Shown here: in pieces, positions 60,002 to 64,000 of the stretch | How positions within the stretch are numbered: the first letter of the stretch is position 1 | How the letters are laid out: each line of letters opens with the position of its first letter | Origin: Nitrosopumilus sp. | GTDB taxonomy: Archaea; Thermoproteota; Nitrososphaeria; Nitrososphaerales; Nitrosopumilaceae | Direction: 5' to 3' | Length of the DNA: 64,000 bases | NCBI GenBank assembly: GCA_965214775.1 | Contig: OZ243974.1 | Span: 2,336,001 to 2,400,000 of the forward strand | Notes under the pieces: generated by a model | What the model saw: only the letters and a program-made list of their open reading frames with translations | Databases searched by the model: none | What the model was told of the DNA's origin: nothing | Translations under genes and position numbers: made by a program

Positions 60002-60427
60002 TTAATCGTCACTATATGTGAATTTTAAATCAGGAACGCGAAATCTGTGTTTTTTATCATTCTCCACATGATGTACCCAAAGTTTTATCTTGTCATCTGG
60101 CGTACCATGATCCAAATTGCCGTTCAACAGGATGACAAAATTGTCGTTCTCTGGCATCAACCCGTTCCTTCTAAGCGCATCATACGCATGAGTGAACACG
60201 CTATCAACACATTCACTGGGGTACGAATAGTCAAAGGCCATAAAGTGCATGTTAAAATTGTGTTCTCTGTTGCAATTGCTGCATTTTGTCGTATATATGC
60301 TGCGTACAATCGAGGGTTGTTTTGAAGGTGACACCTCATCATTATTGCCGTCTTTGCTTTTCTGTTTGTTTGATTTTACGTTGGGATTTTCAAGTATTTC
60401 GCTGTCTGATCCGATCATGTGCATCAC
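60002..60427 (-). CDS. hypothetical protein with CxxC
   Basis: 141 aa ORF. Confidence 0.5.
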   Translation of the reverse strand: MMHMIGSDSEILENPNVKSNKQKSKDGNNDEVSPSKQPSIVRSIYTTKCSNCNREHNFNMHFMAFDYSYPSECVDSVFTHAYDALRRNGLMPENDNFVILLNGNLDHGTPDDKIKLWVHHVENDKKHRFRVPDLKFTYSDD

Positions 60428-61366
60428 CAGTAACCGTCTGACTTGCAGTTTTTAGCGCAGGACATTACAATTGTTTGGACATGTGGCAATTATATGCTTT
60501 GTGTAATCGAGGAGGTTGTCCGGAATCCTTCCAGAAATTTACCGATAAGCGTATGGATCATGAGTGCAGGATGCGACAGCTTTGTGGATCACCGGATCGG
60601 CGTCTCTTCCCGTATCATGGGGGTTGTTTCCTAATTCACTTCATGCTGCCTCCACCGGTATCCCGAGATTTGCGGCACACTTGAGTCTGTTTAGCACCTC
60701 AAGGTTCCACCCTATTGCCTTGCACAAACCGAACCTTCGGCGGGTAGATGCCTTTCTGAACCTGCACATCAGCCTGTGGTTCTCTGCCTCCTCTGCACCA
60801 AAGATTCCCTCTATTGTTGCGCGCATCTTGTAGGATTCCGGATCAAACATCTTGGAAGCTTCCTTTCTGTGTTTCTTTTTGGTGTGGACTGCATTGGCCC
60901 TTAGTTTGATGTTTGGTTTCATTCCAGATTCCTTGAGGAGCCTTACGTTCTCATCTGAATCGTATCCCCTGTCGGCGTTGAAGATGCCGGAGAATCCTAG
61001 TCCGATCCTCTTGATCTTCTGCAACAGTGATCTTAGGACGGTGGTGTCTGCCATTTTGTCCGAGGTAATCTGGCATGCCAGGATTACCTGCAGGCCCAGT
61101 ACGGATGCCACATGCCACTTTAGGTACTGTTTGTAGGGCTTGGCCTTTCTCTTTCTTTCGGCCTTTTTTGCACCCGATTCGTGCGTAATATCGGCCTTTT
61201 TGTCCGTCTTTTTTGGCTTGAGATCCTTTCTCTTTTTGTTCTTGTCGTACCTGTCAGTAACGACGCCGGTGCTGTCGGCTGCAAGCTGTACAACTTCAGG
61301 TCCTATTTAAACCGCCTAGGAATCTAGGAAGTATTTGCTTGCCAGTATAAATGGGACCTGAAGTTG

Positions 61367-61700
61367 TATCTATGTGTCGTGCTTATAAGGATTCCACGCG
61401 CAACGGTGTTGTGAAGTATGGCTTTGGCTGGGGGTCTCTTCCTGACAATCACAAAATGAAGGTCGGACACTTATCTATACGAGGATCTCCCTCAGTACCA
61501 TTCTTCATCCATTTGTCAGAACCGTTCTGCAGTTATCTATGTGTCGTGCTTATAAGGATTCCACGCGCAACGGTGTTGTGAAGTATGGCTTTGGCTGGGG
61601 GTCTCTTCCTGACAATCACAAAATGAAGGTCGGACACTTATCTATACGAGGATCTCCCTCAGTACCATTCTTCATCCATTTGTCAGAACCGTTCTGCAGT
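61367..61700. repeat. 167-bp tandem duplication
   Basis: Units 61367-61533 and 61534-61700 appear identical. Confidence 0.9.
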
Positions 61701-61839
61701 TACTAAACGAGGATCTCCCTCAACAACATCAACGCAGATTAAAGTTCTAACTGTAATGACAATAATAATGATGATGATGACGTTCGTTTCACACGCATGT
61801 CCCCTATGCACTGATTGAAGGCCATCTATTTCTTTAGCA

Positions 61840-62010
61840 TACGAGGACTCCATGACGCACCTAGTGTTATCCGGAATCTTTGCAAACATCTCTCTTATCT
61901 CGCTGTTCCTGTTCCTTATTTTTGTATTCCTCAGGACCTTGTCGTCCTTGTCCATCACTGCAACCTGGATGGACTTCTTGTGCACGTCCAGACCGACATA
62001 CTGCTGCACC
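61840..62010 (-). pseudogene. IS110-family transposase N-terminal remnant
   Basis: YVGLDVHKKSIQVAVMD...CVMESS (D and E of the DEDD domain). Confidence 0.85.
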
Positions 62011-63142
62011 GCCTTTGATTTCACATATATCCTCTTTTTTGCGCTAATCTGTTTGTCTGCATTGCGATTTATCTTGGTACCATCTGAATTTTGTTTTTGA
62101 GACACATATGGTTACTGCAAGCTTGAGTGCAGACATGTCAAATCCTGCAAGGCATCTGCGTGCAGTCTCTGATATCATCCCCTCAAGCCACTTGCCAGGA
62201 ATCTTTGGCAGGAACTTGCACAGGGTGACGTGGTCTGGCACCGGTTCGTCGTTCCAGCGAGGCAGTTTTAGAAAGTGCGCAAGACACTGCGTGTCACGGT
62301 ACGTCAGATCTAGGCAGACCATCAAAATGCACAGGCAGGCCAGCTTGTCACGGCTGTGGACTGTCGGCCGTCCCGGTCCGGAACTGACCTTCTTTACGGG
62401 ACATGGGTTCTCCACTATCAAAGAAACTATATTGGATAGGAGAAACACCATTTCTTGGGTGTGGGCAGCATGGTAATACTTCCAGTACCCATCGCGTCTC
62501 TTATGTTCCGTCATTAGAGAACCACGCCCGTTCTGATCAATATAGTGTAGACTCTAGAAAATTAGACTAAATTGCCGAATTAGGAAACAACCCCCGTATC
62601 ATGAGATCAAGGATCAAAAAAAAGGGGAATCAAAAGGTAACAGATCGATCTCTGCAAGTTCAGGCATGAATTCTGTCACTAATGAATGTCGATCAAATGG
62701 AATCTATGCCGAAAATCAGAAACGACTTCCAGAACCCGATCAGTTACGCCAAAAGACCGACGAGGAAAAAAAGTCAAAAAAGAAGTGCGCAAGACCTCTG
62801 GAATGTTTGCCAGGTGCGGGGGAAAAAGGGGCCTTGTTGTTGAGACCGCCTTTTTGTTGATAAAGGCCGGGCTTGACTCCACGATGTACGCATCGCCGCC
62901 ATGTCGCTTCTGTTGCAGTCACTCGGGCTGATCCTCAAGGCATTCTGCTACTATTACTACTATTACTACAAGACCTAGTCAACTGGGATTCAGTGCCGAT
63001 ACGGCGGAATCATCCGGCTGGCTGATGCCATGCAGTATGACATCAAAACACGGGTCATGGCCGTACAATGCGGGCCTGAGTGCGGATCCGTCTATATGTT
63101 TGCAGTCATTGCGCCGTGATTTTGCACAAATCACCCCGGAAA

Positions 63143-64000
63143 TCACACCCTAAAATCACGATTCCGGACAACGCCCTCTGTATTGCTATTGTTATTACCT
63201 TCCATGCAGTTTGTGTCGTTTTCGGTTCTGACAAAGTTTTCAAAATTTGATATGTGAAAATCCGACTTGTCATCCTTGGCTAATTTTTGATCAGAGAATC
63301 CAATACAGATCCTTGCTGCACCAACTGAATTACGAGGTTCTTCTGGAAGATACAGACGCTCATAAGCAAGAAGCCACTCTAGGGAATCAACCACCATGTC
63401 ATCAAGATACCCTAACGAGTCATACCCCAATTCGGCAATGCCATCTGCAAATCCTTTGATCGTGTTAGGGGTAGATTGCAGTCTCATGGGAAATCTCCAA
63501 CTCAGGTATGCCTCTACATTTTCCGGGGTTGCTTGCCAATCTCTGTAAGGAAAGCGGGGAATCTGGACGGGTGCCACAAAAACTTTTTTCTCCATGGTGA
63601 TTTTTTTGACAGCTTTCTCCCTTACTAATGCGTCAATTCTGTTTCTGATCATTTGTTCAGAAATGTCTCCCCCGATAAGCAAGGACACAATCTCCTTAAG
63701 ACGCTGTCTGCCGCCGCGAATCGTTCGTAAAATCAAACGTTCAACAACATGTCTCCCAAGTTTTTCAAGAATCGGCGCAACTATTCCGGTCTGTTCTGCA
63801 AGAACAGACATCTGCTCAAAAATCGGAATTGCTATTTCCCGTATCGGATTCATTTTTTCTTGATGGATAATTTCCCGCCATACTTCATCCCAATCAAACT
63901 TGTCATGCTCAAATCTTCCGGATTGATTTAAGGGGACTTGTGACAAGAGCGCCATGTCTTGAATATCTCCCTCTCTACTGGCTACGGCTTTTAGCAAAAA
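63143..64000 (-). CDS. C-terminal part of a protein cut by the window edge, possibly nucleotidyltransferase-associated
   Basis: 284+ aa open frame; LKAVASREGDIQD resembles the K...R..D..D motif of AbiEii/DUF6036-like proteins; the last residues come from the IS end. Confidence 0.55.
   Translation of the reverse strand, partial: FLLKAVASREGDIQDMALLSQVPLNQSGRFEHDKFDWDEVWREIIHQEKMNPIREIAIPIFEQMSVLAEQTGIVAPILEKLGRHVVERLILRTIRGGRQRLKEIVSLLIGGDISEQMIRNRIDALVREKAVKKITMEKKVFVAPVQIPRFPYRDWQATPENVEAYLSWRFPMRLQSTPNTIKGFADGIAELGYDSLGYLDDMVVDSLEWLLAYERLYLPEEPRNSVGAARICIGFSDQKLAKDDKSDFHISNFENFVRTENDTNCMEGNNNSNTEGVVRNRDFRV

Larger units (their letters stand above)
60620..62594 (-). mobile_element. IS5-like element (parent of the 130-bp MITEs), transposase split by an insert
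   Basis: TIR GGGGTTGTTTCCTAATT/AATTAGGAAACAACCCC; 9-bp TSD CGTATCATG; LA|ADSTG, NADRGYDS, YKMRATIEGIFG. Confidence 0.9.
60512..63175 (+). mobile_element. decayed copy of the IS at 752-2046, interrupted by a second IS
   Basis: Left end GTTGTCCGGAAT..TTCCAGAAAT.TACCGATAAGC; 3' region about 62830-63175 matches about 1730-2046 including ATTCCGGACAACGCC. Confidence 0.85.

Noticed and set aside
1-64000. tRNA or rRNA genes
   Set aside because: No cloverleaf or rRNA-like sequence recognised by eye; a tRNAscan-SE/Infernal run would be needed to exclude them formally.

Overview
Archaeal chromosomal DNA, most likely from a thaumarchaeote of the Nitrosopumilaceae (inferred from gene content and protein style; the heavy IS/MITE load suggests a host-associated lineage). 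About 0.5-29.4 kb is mostly core genome (O-methyltransferase, CBS-TrkH, purP, ubiX, tatA/tatC, purS-purQ-purL-purF, purC, ArsR-type regulator, PPOX oxidoreductase) with IS5, IS481 and several MITE families inserted. About 29.6-48.7 kb is an accessory island rich in toxin-antitoxin modules (3x Fic/Doc, 2x RelE-type, HicAB, AbiE), plus a ParA ATPase and IS66/IS5/ISH3/IS630/IS110 remnants. The strongest unexplained signal is a 28-bp near-palindrome (WTGTTTCTAAA-TTCGAG-TTTAGAAACAT) present four times in direct orientation at 30.8-34.3 kb. It separates about 1-kb gene cassettes, and duplicated segments switch partners exactly at it, as expected of a site-specific recombination cassette array; no recombinase gene is in the window. 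About 48.7-64 kb holds a DUF1998-type helicase, a membrane thermonuclease, a broken AAA+ ATPase, a CPA2 antiporter, Hel308 and a triple-nested IS stack whose IS110 remnant has repeated non-coding motifs. All calls are from reading motifs by eye; no database searches were run.
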